A stretch of DNA of 64,000 nt from Fimicolochytrium jonesii. Lineage: Eukaryota. The notes beneath the pieces were generated by a model. That model did not search any database and was not told the origin of the DNA. It saw nothing but the letters and a program-made list of their open reading frames with translations. The position numbers were made by a program, and so were the translations under genes. Within the stretch, counting starts at the first letter, position 1, and the number at the start of each line of letters is the position of its first letter. This document shows positions 25,470 to 39,000 of the stretch, piece by piece. The stretch lies in NCBI RefSeq assembly GCF_025526975.1, contig NW_026515686.1, positions 124,001 to 188,000 of the forward strand, in the 5' to 3' direction.

Positions 25470-28400
25470 TATTTGAACTCTTTGAAGTGGGTCGTCCAGT
25501 AGTGCGTCAGTGTTGAATTTGGTGTGTTATTCCCGTTAGCCTGGGAGTAATCCCAGCCGTTGGCTCACTGCCCAGGATACTCTTATCAAAAGATACTCCA
25601 GGAAGTTTGATGAGGTGAATGGGTCACTGCAGTTGTGGTGAACAGGCTGGAAGTACTCGTTGATGGTAGCTGAATAGCGCGCAGAAACGAGCGCCTGAGA
25701 ACGACCACGGTTTACAGAGTTCCGAGGGACTTTTCGTGTGATAGAGTAGGATATCGATAGAGCCGGTGGTGGTTGTTGCTGTGGACAGTCGAACTACTGT
25801 AACGCACGGAGGCGGAAGCTGGCTGGGTCTTGTGGAGTATGTAACGCTGCTGACCGAAGAGTGCAGTTGGAAAGTTGAAGCCTGTGAACGAGGGAAGAGA
25901 AAGGGAGGGAGGATTGTTGTCCGCGTCAATTGTTGTGCGCCCTTCTGCCATATGCGAGGGAGGAGATACATACCGCGGCTTCAACTGACTATGTATACTG
26001 TAAGAGCACTCTCTCACCACTCACTGATATGATATCTATGAGAGAAGGGCGACAGGCAGGGCTTGGATGAAGATGAATCAGCGAGCGGCACGGCACGTTC
26101 GTTGAGCGTTAGGAAGAGGAGCTACTACGGGAAGACCGGAAGAGCAACAAGTTACGGGAAGTGCCGTGCGCTTTTTCACCCTCTCAGTCACAGCGTGGCG
26201 TGCGCATGCATGCAGGTTGACCAGTGGTCCTTACCTTCCGCAATCCGCTGAAGGAGTAATAAGGCTCACGAACTTGAAGTCTGCGGAACATGAACCGCTA
26301 TGTTCCTACTCGCAGATTTCTCAGATTTCGCAGACGCACATGGAGCGCTGCAGTTCACGGCCTTCCGCTTAAGAACTTGGGCCAATGGACACAACAGTTG
26401 GAGCCCAACGCATGTGCATTCATGTGCGCCTCATTTCTCCCCCCTATGCACCCACTTTTCGCATAAACAACCGCCTCTCTTCGCGAACGTAGCAGCGGCT
26501 GGAAAATGCTTCTTCTCAACTAAGAAAAGCACGGAAGCGAAGCAACAGAAGCGCCCATCCATGACACCATAAACCCATGTCCATCGTGGCGTCTCTTGTC
26601 TCCCGCTTCAAAGGTATCACAAACAGCACAACCAACCAGCCGGGCAGCCACTTATTCGTACTGTACGTTTTCGTCGTTTCGCTGTCAGTTCTGGCATCCC
26701 CCGACGACGACGGAAACCTCCCCCCGGGTCTCAGCCATAATGGCCTTTGAGTCAGCATCCCCGGTATCCCAGTTACGGACATTTTAGCGTTAACTCTATA
26801 TCGCACCCCACACGACCTCTGGGTGTCACTATCTAGGCGACCTCGGAGATGACGTGCACGAAAAAGCCCCAGCGGAAAGACTGAAGCGGGCGTTCTTTTG
26901 GGAAACCAAGAACGCCTCCAGACATATTGTGCTGAATAAGTTGTTAAGGTAATCAATTAAATATCTTTATCAGCTCGCGATCTATGTATCGCAACGACAT
27001 CCTTTATCGTATAGATGAGGGGGTAGGAAGACATGGAAAGCTCATCGCATAGCAGGGAAACCGAGGCATGCATCCCATCGTGGCGTTTTCAAGACCTCCC
27101 ATTCCAAACACACCTGTCTCCCGCAGCTTGTTGAAAACCATGAGCAGCCCCTTTCTCCCGTCACGTTCTTCCCCACCACACCAGAACTAAGTTAGCCTTA
27201 CAATCCTCTGCATTCTCCGGCCAAAAAATTACGGACTCTCAACGCACGTCAATCGTCCCGAGGTAGAGGTCATGTGGGGGGGTTGGGTTCGGGTTAAGCC
27301 ATAATGGCCTGGACTTCAAAATGGGGGCGGAACTGACAGCTGCTGTCAGTCAGATGCAACAGGGCACAGGACATTGCACTGGGATGATGCCACGACGGGC
27401 CTGTCCTGTAATACGTGCACCTCCGATATTCGTGAATGGAAAAGAAAGGTTGCTTTGGCGTCGCTGCCCCGGGCACCCATGTCAACGACTTTAGTTCCAA
27501 TAGAACCCCGACACCAGGCCGTCCATGGCGGGCATCGATCGATGCTGTTCCCATTCGACCCCATGGCCCGCAACGACAGCTAAAAGACGAACGAAAAGCC
27601 CATGGCTACCCTTCTCAAACATAGACTAGATGTAGAAGCGAAGTGCATGGGCATCGCAGGCTCGTCCGTGACTGTCATCGGGATGTCGTTTGCTTGCTCA
27701 CGTCGTACTGTACATACACATGGCATGCGCCGGTCTTCTTTGGCAGGCACATGCCCAAATGGGCAGACGGGGACTTCCGATGTGTCCGAATCCCAAGTTT
27801 TCAAACATCAATGGGCAAAGAGCACCGATCACCTTCCCGACACTTCATGTTCCTCCAATTCCAAGGGTCCAATCCGCTATCCCTCCTCAGACATGCTTCT
27901 GCACCCTTCTTGATAGCAGCCACGCAATTGTCCATCTCCGTGGCCTTGCACCAGGACAACCGGAACCAGCAGGCCAAAAGATATGCTGAGCCGCGAGTAT
28001 TGCCTAGCTATACGTACCGGTCCAGCAGGCAGGTCCCCATTTTGCACTCACATGTACAGACGTACGGTACACCCCCATCGGAAGCTGCATCGGAAGCGCA
28101 CGGCCTTGTGTGGTCTTTCCGTTCCAGTTGTTCAAACCGAACCCCCAACCCACAGCATACTGTAGGCGCGGTCTGCACCGCTCAAATGCGTTGGGAGTTG
28201 CCGTAGAGGAGTGGATAGGCGCCTATATATGTACCTCGCGTGTCGCAATGCATATGCATATGGCATATGGCATACAACGCCGATATCTGTGTGTGGTCTC
28301 ACCCCGTTCAGCGACCCGATCGTCCACAGACAGACAGACTGTTTTAACCCCATATAGGAAAAGAGGAATCAAATACATTATAAAACGGAGGCGCGCGGGG

Positions 28401-28551
28401 AAAAAAAAACAGGTGCCAGAAGTACTGTATAAGGACGAGTAGAGGGCCATTTGACATAGGTAAACGGCGGGGCGCAAAGAGAGTAGGCGAGCGCTACCCG
28501 GGCGCCGTAACCCCACCCCACACTCGAGGGGGGCACGCACGGCATCGCCGG

Positions 28552-31280
28552 CTAAATCAGCGTCCTCTTCGCATGCCTCAACTCCCCCTCCTCCTCCTTG
28601 GTCCCCTTGGGCTTCCCGCCAATCCCCAGCTCCCGATTGACCACCTCCAACCTCCTCTTCCACCCCTCCACACTCGCCAGCTCCCCCTCCAGCCTCCCAA
28701 TCTCGCTCTGCACACTCAACGCCACCCCGCCACCCCCTTCTTTTCGCAACTCCTCCATCGTCCACTCCAACCCATCGTTCCCCTCCCCGACGCGCAGGAG
28801 CCGGTGGTGGTATTTGAACAGCGAGGGCCGGTGGGAGATGGTGATGAGGGTGATGTTAAGGTCTTTGGCGGTTGTGTAGAGGAGGTTCTCGACGTCGGTG
28901 GAGACGGCCGAGGTGGCTTCGTCGAGGATGGCGTATGAAGGGTGGTGGTAGAAGAGGCGGGCTAGTTGCATGCGTTGTTTTTCACCTGCGGGGTGTGGAT
29001 AAACGGACGTGTGAGCAAATTTGGAGCTGACAGCTAAGAAGTCATATATGGAATAAACGTAATGATGTGAGAGTAACGCACCTCCGGAAAACACATCCTT
29101 CCACTCCTTAACAGCATCCCACCCCCCCTCCCTGGCCGGAATATAATCCAAATACACCTTCCTCAAAATCTCCGCCAAATCCTCATCCGTCTTCCCGGCC
29201 GCCTTCATCTGCTTCACACTATGCGGGTAAATTACCTGCTCCCTCAGGCTCCCAATCGCCAGGTACGGGCGGGACGGAATATAAAAGATCGAGTCCAATT
29301 TCGCAGGCGGGCGGAGGATCTTGCCCGCGAATAATGGCCACAGCCCCGCGATGATACGCAAGATAGAGGTCTTCCCCGACCCGTTGGGGCCGGTGATCAT
29401 GAGGTGGTCGCCTGGGCCGAGGGAAAAGGAGAGGTCGCGGACGAGGACGGTATCGCCGGAGGGCGTGGCAACGGGGACGTTTTGGAGGGTGAGGCCATCG
29501 GTGGCGTAGGTGATGGTGCCTTTGATGTGTTCGAGGGAATAGCGGTCGGGTTCGCCGGGGGCACCGGTGATGGGCGCGCCGGTGTGCACGTACTTTTCGT
29601 CGTGCAGGTCTTCGAGGACCCGGAGCATGTTGAAGACGCGGAAGGTGTAGCCGGCGAGCTCGCTCAGTTCTTTGTAGGAGTACATGATGCGGCCGCCGGC
29701 GTCGGCGAGGGATACCATCAGCCTAGTTGAGAATTGAGGAGGATGATCAGTAAATGCATGTCGCCCGCAACAAAGCTATAAGTGTAGTGTAAGCACACAC
29801 CTCTTGTTGGTGATGAACCCCTGCGTATGACTCCTCGTCCGATGATCATGCTGCGTCAACGCCGACGCGCCGTCACTACTCTGCAACTGCGCCAGCCTCA
29901 GCTCCTCCCTCTTCGACCTGGCGCCCGCCATCTCGGGATAGAACACCGGAATACTGGCAATCAACAGTCCAGCAGCGGACCACGTGTACTTGATGATAAA
30001 GTCCTCAAACATGTTGTAGGCGATGCGGATGCGGTAGATGTGGTTGATGTGCCGGATCAGCTTGTAGTAGATGCGGGTGAGGATGGATTGCTCGAGGTGC
30101 GCGCCGTGGTAGAAGGCGATTTCTTCGGCGTTGGTGATGAGGCGGGAGTGGGCGGTGCGGAAGTCGCCCTGGGAATGGAGTTAGGAGAGACAGTGAGCAC
30201 GTGGACCTGAGCCAAAATCAATGCTCGATATGGCGAGATCTGACCCACCTCCAACTGCGCCTGCTGAGCCGCCAACTTCCCAAAAGCCGGGGTAGCAGCC
30301 CTCAAAATCGTTGCCGTGATCGCATAATTGATCGCAAGTCCCCACATGCCCGTAGCGCCAATACTCCTGCCCAGCTGGTAGTTGAAGATGATCATATCCA
30401 GCACCGGTTTGCCGAGATTCGAGTACAGCGACGCGAGGGCCGTGCAGAAGTTGTTGATGTCGGTCGTGATCAGCTGGTCCGCGCCGTCGATGCGGTTGTC
30501 CAGGTTGATGGCTTTGTAGTAGGTGTTGTTGTCCATGTACACGTCGTGGACGTGGCGGGTGAGGCTGGTGCGGAGCGCGATCGAGAACTTGGATTGCAGG
30601 TAGCGGATCTGTGAATTTGAAGGAGAGTTCTCAGTGGATGTGCGGGATGGACCAAACCTCAAGCTCTCCTGCACTTCGCTGCACTTCGCTGCGCTCGCCC
30701 GGACCGAACCAAGCATCTCCCCCCGAGTGTCATCATCACTCGCACTACTCACCATACTATTGGTATAAGTCGCGGGCACAGCCAACGCAAACCAATAGCC
30801 CAACCCCTTCCCAAAACTCCTCGCATCCGCCGCCACCAGATCCCTCACCAACCGTCCATCCAACCTCGCCCCGACAACACTCAAATACGTCCTCAGCACC
30901 AAAAACACCGTATGCAACACCAAAATCCCCACGGTCTTGCTCCTCCAGTTGGGTACACAGATTGCCCAGATATATTTCAGTTGCCTGAAAAATCTCTTAT
31001 CCACGGCGACTTTGATTTTCGAGGAGTCGCCTTTGACCGCGACGATCGCGGTGGAGTCATCACGGAGGTTAGCGATTTTGGAAAAGCGGGAAGCGTCGCG
31101 TTGGCGCTTGGCGTAGTAGAGTGCGCCGGTTGCAAGGGCGATTCCGATGGCGGTGCGGCGGAGGCGTTGGGAGCGGGCTTGGAGGAGGGCGGTTGAGGAG
31201 AGGACGGAGGGGAGGGTTGAGGAGGTGGCTTTTTCGAGGAAGGTGCTGATTGACTCGGGGAGGGGTTTTGAGAAGGGCAT
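28552..31280 (-). CDS. Peroxisomal ABC half-transporter, ABCD family (Pxa1/Pxa2-like)
   Basis: RTYLSV; RIDGADQLITTDI; NAEEIAFY (EAA motif); ELSELAGYT; Walker A GPNGSGKT; FSGGEKQR; ILDEATSAVS; ISHR. Confidence 0.95.
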
Positions 31281-32697
31281 GATGGATGTTGTGGGGGGGT
31301 TTGGGTTGTGGTTGGGATGCGGTTGAGGTGGTTACGCGATGCCCGACTGGCTTGTGGCCCCCAACAAGATGCCTGCTTTTTATGAGTTTGGACTTTTATT
31401 TTCAGGAAGCGCTATCCTCAAAAGAAAAGCAATACGAGCGACGGAATTGACCTGTCTTGTTGGAAATCACGGACGGAAGCGAACGAACGGAGGGCGCGTG
31501 TCTTTCCGGATCAACAGACGTCCTCGCAGCAGGCCCGACCCAGCGTATACACACACAGAGCGAGGAAGACGCTGAGGGGGCTGAGGGCGGGTTAACGTTG
31601 TTGCTGGTGAGGAAGAGTGGGGGGGGGTTGGACTGTCTCAGTTCCCAGGTCTCAGTTCCCAGTTGGGCGGAGAAGGGCGGAGCGTGGGAAGAGTGAGAAG
31701 AAGTACTCGTGAATGCGGGGTGGCCGCGTGATGAGACGCGCGAGCGAGATGGGGGGACGCGACAGCCAAGACAAGCGACTGCAAGACAAGCGAGGGTAAA
31801 CCAGTTACTCCCTCCCATGTGCTTCGTGCCCCACCCCCCATGGGGTCTCGCATTCACATGCAGCATCCATCCATCCATCCATCCATCCCCACACGTATAT
31901 ATTCTTCCCCTTCTCAAATTGAATTCACAGCCACTTCAACGCAATCGCCATTCATCTGCAATTTGCGCTTCTCCTCATCATCAGCGGAAGCCCTAGAGAG
32001 TTCTGAGCTTCATCATCGCCAGATTCTGATGCGGAGGACTCCTCGTTGTTTCCATCATACCCCCATCATACCAATGCCCCACCCATAGCGACATCCACAC
32101 AAATCAGCTGCTCCTGCACATCACCGTTCCTCGCAGGGCACATATACAGATCCGCCGCTGGGTCCTCATCCATATCATCGGCGAGTGTCCCCGGCGCACT
32201 CAAATAGGTTCATGAGATAGGTCAGGCTGCCTTGGTGGTCGGATAGAGGGATTCGTCCGAGTTTGTAAATATCTTGAAACTGCTCTGAGACGTGCATGCG
32301 GGAGAGGATTATGGCGCGGAGGGCCGTTTTTCGCTTGCATTCGCACTTCCATCCCGCCGATCGATATCGGCTAGCTCATACCAACTCAGGCATCGGCGCA
32401 AATGAGCAATGGGCAAGCCATAGCACTGTCATCCCCGAAGACTCGCACGATCCGTCCCTCCCTCCCATCCCGCTCTGCATTCCGCTCAACGCGTTCTTTA
32501 TACAGTACGTGTGCATGACCGACTCGCAGCGGCCCTACAAGAAAGTCGAGATAGAAACCTCACGCCTCTCACGCGTGGCTGTTGCTTCAAACTCTTCCAA
32601 CGACGACGAGCTGACGACTGCTGACGACGAGGCTGGCATTGCCAACAGCCAACTCTCGCCAAAGTCACAGGCAGCCAGCCAGCCCCCAACCCTCACA

Positions 32698-34330
32698 ATG
32701 ACTCCTCCGCCAACACAACCGCCAACAACGGCCTCAGCCTCTAAGGCACCCGAGCTACTCCTAGACCTCCACGTCAACTTCATCGTCAACCTTGACAAGG
32801 TTCGTCCGTCCCATCTCCCCCACCTCCCCTTCATTCCCATGCTCGCTATCTTCAGAGAGAACACTCCATTGGCAATCACGCACGACCTCCGTCACAAAAC
32901 TTATTGATCCCCAGCTTCCTCTCCCTCTTTTCCTCTCTTGCAAATAGAACAAAGATGTGTTTGAATACTGGGCAAGCGACCAATTACGGCTCAATGGTGC
33001 GAGTTGCGAGTCTTAGCGGGGCGAGGTCATAGCAGGCGGGCCGAGGCTGACCCATGTTCTGATACATATTTTAGGCGTCTACTGGGCCCTAACAGCCCTC
33101 GCATTCATGTCCCGCCCGCACGAGCTAGATCGCGAAGAGGTCATTGCGTTCGTGCTCTCCTGTCAACAGAAAAACGGTACCCATCACCCCCACAACCTTC
33201 CTATCCAATACAGCTCGAATGTGGGGCTGATGTGTATGTTTTGTCATGTATCCAACAGGCGGATTCGGCGGAAGCGTAGACCACGACGCCCATCTGATCT
33301 ATACATTGAGCGCGATCCAGATTTTGGTCACCTTAGATGCGTTGGAGAGGGTCGATGTGGAGCGGGTCGTGTCATGTACGTTCCCTCCTCCCATCACCGC
33401 AATTCCCCCACTCCACCACCTCTAACTCCCACTCCATTGTTTGATTAGACATCCTAACCCTCCACGACCCCGTCGTTGGTTCCTTCACCGGCGACGAATG
33501 GGGCGAAACTGACACGCGGTTCTCCTACTGCGCGATCTCCGCGCTGTCGCTGATGGGGAGGCTTGATGCGGTTGATGGGGATAAGGTGGCCGAGTTTATT
33601 GATCGGTGTCGGAACTTCGATGGGGGGTATGGGACTGTGCCGGGGGCGGAGAGCCATGCGGGGCAGAGTAAGTTGAGTAACCGACCGGTCGGGCGGCCCG
33701 GGAGGGAGGAGAGGGAAGAGGTCGTGGCGCGAGCTCATCTGATACCCCGCTGACACCTCGCCTATCTTGTTTCTGTTTTCCCCAGTCTTCTGCTGCGTCG
33801 GCACCCTCGCCATCCTCAACCACCTGCACCTCGTCGAGCGCGACAAGCTCTGCTGGTGGCTCGCGGAACGGCAGCTCCCTAATGGGGGGTTGAACGGACG
33901 GCCGGAGAAATTGGAGGATGTGAGTATCACGGGGGAGTCAGCAGGGGTTTGTGGGTGGTGGTATTGATTTGATTTTCTTGGGGGGCAGGTGTGCTATTCG
34001 TGGTGGGTCCTCTCCGCCCTCGCCATCCTTGACCGCATTCATTGGATCAATAAGGAGACGTTGGCGGGGTTTATATTGGCTTCTCAGGTAAGAAACCAAC
34101 CCCTCCCCTTCCCCCATCCCCCTCTTTCCAAAAACTTCTATTAATCACCTATCGGCGATATCCAGGACACGGAAACAGGTGGAATAGCCGACAGACCGGG
34201 CGACATCCCCGACGTCTTTCACACCGTGTTTGGACTCGCCGGGCTGTCGTTATTGGAGTTTGGCGGGTTGGTGGAGGTTGATCCGAGGTATTGTATGCCG
34301 AGAGGGGTTACGAGGAGGGTTGGGTTGTGA
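32698..34330 (+). CDS. RABGGTB: Rab geranylgeranyltransferase (GGTase II) beta subunit
   Basis: [84 protein letters not shown]. An alternative upstream ATG at 32515 is possible. Confidence 0.95.
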
Positions 34331-34574
34331 TTTAGAAAGGAGGGGAGAGGGGACGTAGGGACGGCTTGCGATGGTATACGTTACGTAGAATACCTGTAGA
34401 CACGGGCTGTTGCGTTCATGTGGTAGACACATCGGCGGATGGCAAAGGTGAATGAGTGTCCCAAAACCATAGCATATGGACATCTGCTCAAAGTACTGTA
34501 CATTATACATGAGGATTGGGTTTTCGTACACCGATATGATTCCAGTATGGAAAAAACATTCAATGATATTCCAT

Positions 34575-35641
34575 TCAATCGGTCCCCAACCGCTGCCCAC
34601 TCCCCCACACATGCCGTCTGGTCACCCCCTCTCCCGCCGTCCTCGCCGGCCCCGCCCCGGCCCCCGGCACAACCCTATGCCCGCCACCCACCGGCGCGCC
34701 GCCCACACCCCCCGCCGCGGCCGCGGACGGAAACTGTTCCTGCAGAATCCTCGGGGTGACCAAGATCCTCTGCCCGCCATTCTGCAGCGGGTACGTCTGA
34801 TCGAGGTAGTAGTACAGATACCCGACCGCGATGCCCGTGAGCTTGGCGACGGGGTACGGGTTGCCTTGCAGCACGTCCAGGAGGGTGAGCACCCAGGGGA
34901 GGTACATCGCCTTACAAAAATCCACAAAAACGGGGGGTTAGACTCCAAGATGCCATGAATGAAGACGAGCAATGTATATGTATGCCCCAAGTTTGTTCGT
35001 TTACCTTAAACCGCACCCCAAACAAAAACGACACCATCTCCTCCCCATGATGCATCGCCCACACGTAGATCACACACAACAACAGCGGCTCGCTCAACAC
35101 CACCAAGTCCAAGACATACGCCGCCACCTGCAAAAAACATTAACATCTCCCCGACCAATCTGACTGTTCTGTTCGATTCCAACAACTCACGTTGATGATC
35201 GAGAATGCAAACACCATGAAGAAGACATAGTCCCCCGCCCGCCCGACAAACAGGCCCTGCTCGAGCTCCAGCGAGTGCCGGTACAGGAAATACACCTGCA
35301 TGAGGAAATTGAGCCCCAGCGGCTGCCAGAAGAAGGACGTCACCAGCCGCCATATCTAATTCATAAAGCATAATCATGAGATACCCGGTCGCGACATTCC
35401 CCAGGATACCAGCTATAGGATTACCACATGGAGGATCGAGGAATGGGATTCACATTACCTGGTATCTCTTGACGATGAATCCGCCGTCAAAGACGAGTTG
35501 GCCCGGACGACACAGGCCAAGCCCCGCGGCGAGCGAGAACAGGACCGTGCCTGTGATGAGGAACCGGGTGACGGGGGGGAGGGAATTGTACCAGCGTGTT
35601 GCTTCGTCCAGGGGCGAGGGGGTGGCGGGTGGTGGTGGCAT
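34575..35641 (-). CDS. Derlin (ERAD rhomboid pseudoprotease) with C-terminal SHP box; Derlin-1/Dfm1-like
   Basis: WYNSLPPVTR; YQ|IWRLVTSFF; FK|AMYLPWV; GIAVGYLYYYL; HVWGSGQRLG. Confidence 0.93.
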
Positions 35642-36011
35642 TGTGGTGGTGTGAGGTGGGTGGTGATGATGTTTGTTGAGATGGGATGAGCGGGAGGAGG
35701 GTGATCTCTCCTGCGGAAGTGTTCGGTCGCCTTCTGTCGTGCGTGACGTGGGTGGGCACTGACGGGATTTGACAGTCGGACTGCTCTTAACAAGTTCAAC
35801 GATCGCACACCCGGCTTCGGTTATTGTGTGCACATGTAATTCTAACTTCGGTATGGAAACATGGGGGAATTGACATATTCTACGTAGTATAGCATTACTG
35901 CCGCTAGCGTATCTAGATCTAGATCCATGGCGGCTGTGTCTGCTAACATTCTCCCCATATCTCCACCCCACCCCCGTCCTGCGGGGTTGGAAAAGGGTGA
36001 CATGGTGTGTT

Positions 36012-39000
36012 CTATTGACCGTTACCGTCCGCGTCAGCCTCCGTACAATCATGCCACACATCCACCTCGTCTCCTCCTCCTCCTCCTCCTCCTTCATCCA
36101 CATCCACGTCTCCCCTCTTCTCCGTTCCCGTCTCCCCCACCCCCATGGGCGGGACAAGATCAAAGACCCCCCTCACACTCCTCCGTTTCGGCGACGAGGC
36201 CGACAAAACCGTATAATCCCGCCTAGGATCCAACGCAAGGGTGTGCCGTCTCCTCACATACGTATGCTGTCGATGCTGTTTCGCCGTCGTGGTCGCGGCG
36301 GCGTTGTGGTTTCTACTACTACGGTCACCCGAATCCCCGACCAGGTGGTGGTGATTCGCATCGTTGAAGCGTACACTCAAGACACTCGATGGTCGCGCCC
36401 GCCTCGGGGACGGCGGCGTCTCACACCCACCCGGACTAACCACAGCCTTGTCGTCTCCGACATCAACATCAACATACCCCTCCCCCTCATCCCCCTCCAG
36501 GATAGTGGGGCTGCCTACCACACTGCCCCCGATACCGCTCCTTGACGACCGCGTCGAGGCTGTGCTGTTTCGGCGGCGGCGGAGGGAGGCTGGGCGGGTG
36601 CGTGTTTGAGTGCGGGAGGGTGATGGCGGTCCTGTGTATAGGCTGATGAGGTCCGTGAGGGGTTGAGGGGAGGATATTGGCGGTGTGGGTTGTGTTGTGT
36701 TCAGGTTAGTATCAGGGGAACCCTCCTGTGGTGGCGCTTGCGTATCACCAGCCGGTGCATCGTCGCCTGAAGTGGAGACGGCAGCCGCCGACGAGATCCG
36801 TGGCGGGATCCCGATACGCGCGGGGACCGAGACCGAGGCGTGGATTGGCATGACGAACCTGCTGGCGTTGCTGGGGGGTCTGATAGCACTCGAGAGTCTG
36901 CGGAACAGGATGCGCGGTTGTGAGGAGCGGAGGGGGATGAGGAGGGGGAGGCGACGCGGGGGTTGTTGCTGTTGTTGTTGTGGTTGTTGTTGTGGATGTG
37001 GGAGCGTGTGGTGTTGTTGTTGCTGTTGTTGAATGTCGGATATCGAAGAGGGGGCAGACGAAGCAGGCGGGGCAAGTTTCAATCTTCCAAGACTGGCGCG
37101 ACTACTCCTCCGTCGGACCGTACTCCCCTTCTTCCTCAGCACAACCATATCGCAGGCACCCCTACAATCGGTTACAACATGCCTCTTCAATCGCTCCCTA
37201 GTCCCCATCCACCCACATCCAGGCACTTTACACCTGACAACCAACCGATCCACCAGATGCTGCACCTCCTCCGCGGGTCTTACGTTCTCGGGGGCGATCG
37301 GGGCACGGCAGAACGGGCACGTGTTGTGCTGCGCAAGGGCGAGCCAGCGCCAGATGCAGGCGGAGCAGCAGACGGTGAGGCAGCAGGTTACGCGCATTGC
37401 GCGCTCGCAGACGTCGGCGCAGAGGGGGCAGGTGGCGAGGTCGCGGGGGGTGAGGTGCGGGTCGGTTGGGGTCAGGGGTGCGATGGTGACGTCGGTGTTG
37501 GCGGCGGGGATGCTTTTGGGTGGGGTGATTAGCAGAAGTTCGGGGGTTGCGGTGCCTGAATCTGTGATAGTGTGTGGCGTCCCTTCCGTTATGCCATGTC
37601 CGTTCTCATCCACAACCTCGTCCACAAACGGCTCGACAGCACCGCCCTCCGAGTGTTGTTGCAAATCTACCCCGCCCAAGTACGTGAATCGGCGCCGATT
37701 GACCTCCTCCCTCGTCGGATTCGCGAGAGACGACATCCGCGGTGAGATGACCACTGCGGTGGGCGATGGGCGGGGTAGCGTCTGGGACCCGCGGCGGGCG
37801 GAGGTCGGTGGTGGGACGCGGGAGGATGGGGCGGGGAGTGTCATGGCGGTTTGGTGGTTTGTAGTTGACCCTGGCGCCATCAGGCCGGAGAGGAGGGGGA
37901 GTGTCACTGGTTTCTGGACGCGGTCCGGGGCGGAGATGGGTAGGATGGCGGTTGGTTGCGGTGGGGATGTGGAGAAGAGCGCGGCGAGTGGGGTGTTGTC
38001 GTCTGAACAGTCGCTGGTCCTGCTAAGCATCCCGGCTTCGTCTGCTACAACCAACGACGTAGTCGATACCGGTAGAGTCATATCCGTAGCCTGAGTCTGT
38101 GAGAGTGTGAGTGATCCGTTGACGTGGTCCGTTGAGGCATCTCGATTGAGCAGAATGATTCCGTTCGCGAGCGGCGGTGACCGCTGTGGCATCGCACCGA
38201 TTGCAGAAACACCGTTCGGGTCAAACGTCCCAGATATGAGCAACTGCTGCTCCGGTCGGCTCGCTTCGCCAATATTCTGCAACGTCAGGTCAGTTGAGGT
38301 GCTGATCACAGGTGCCGAGTGTCCCATTTGCAGCAGCGTTTGACCGTTGGCATACAAAGGGCTCCCTAATCCCACCTCGGCAGACTGAGAGCGAGCCATG
38401 TCGACAGCAACGGCCGCCGTGGGCTTCTTTTTGAACAGCGACGGCTTCGATGGTAATCGCTTTTCCGGAAGAGGGAGAGGTAGTGTGCCGGCTACGATAT
38501 CTGCGACGGGCAGTTTGCTCGCCATTCTGACCGGAATGGGGACTGCCGATTGCACGGGAGTGTTACTGACGCCTGGGGTTGTGGAAGCAGGAGGTGACGA
38601 CGCTGCTGCTGGTGCTGCGACAGATGGAAGCGGTTTGTTGATGTTCGCACCGAGCTCATTCCGCGGGGAATAGTTTCGTGGTGGAATCAAAGGTGCGCTT
38701 GTGGCTGGGAATGGTGGGCTTGCCACTACTGCCGGCTTCGTAGTCGGACTTGCAGGAGATTGCTCATGAAGCGGCGGTGTCTGCTGCATCTCCGGCGGTG
38801 GTGACAAGGGCGGAGTAGCAGCGGAGGTAACCACAACCACATCCCCGTTCTGCAAAAGCAGCTCCACGGACTTCTCCGGCTGCGACGGTAAATGTGCCCC
38901 CGTCACTTCTGCAGTCAAGGTCTGCCCGTCACCCATAGGAATGTACACCGTCGCAGAGCTGGTACCATCCGGGGCATCAGACACCTGCACGTCGAACGTC

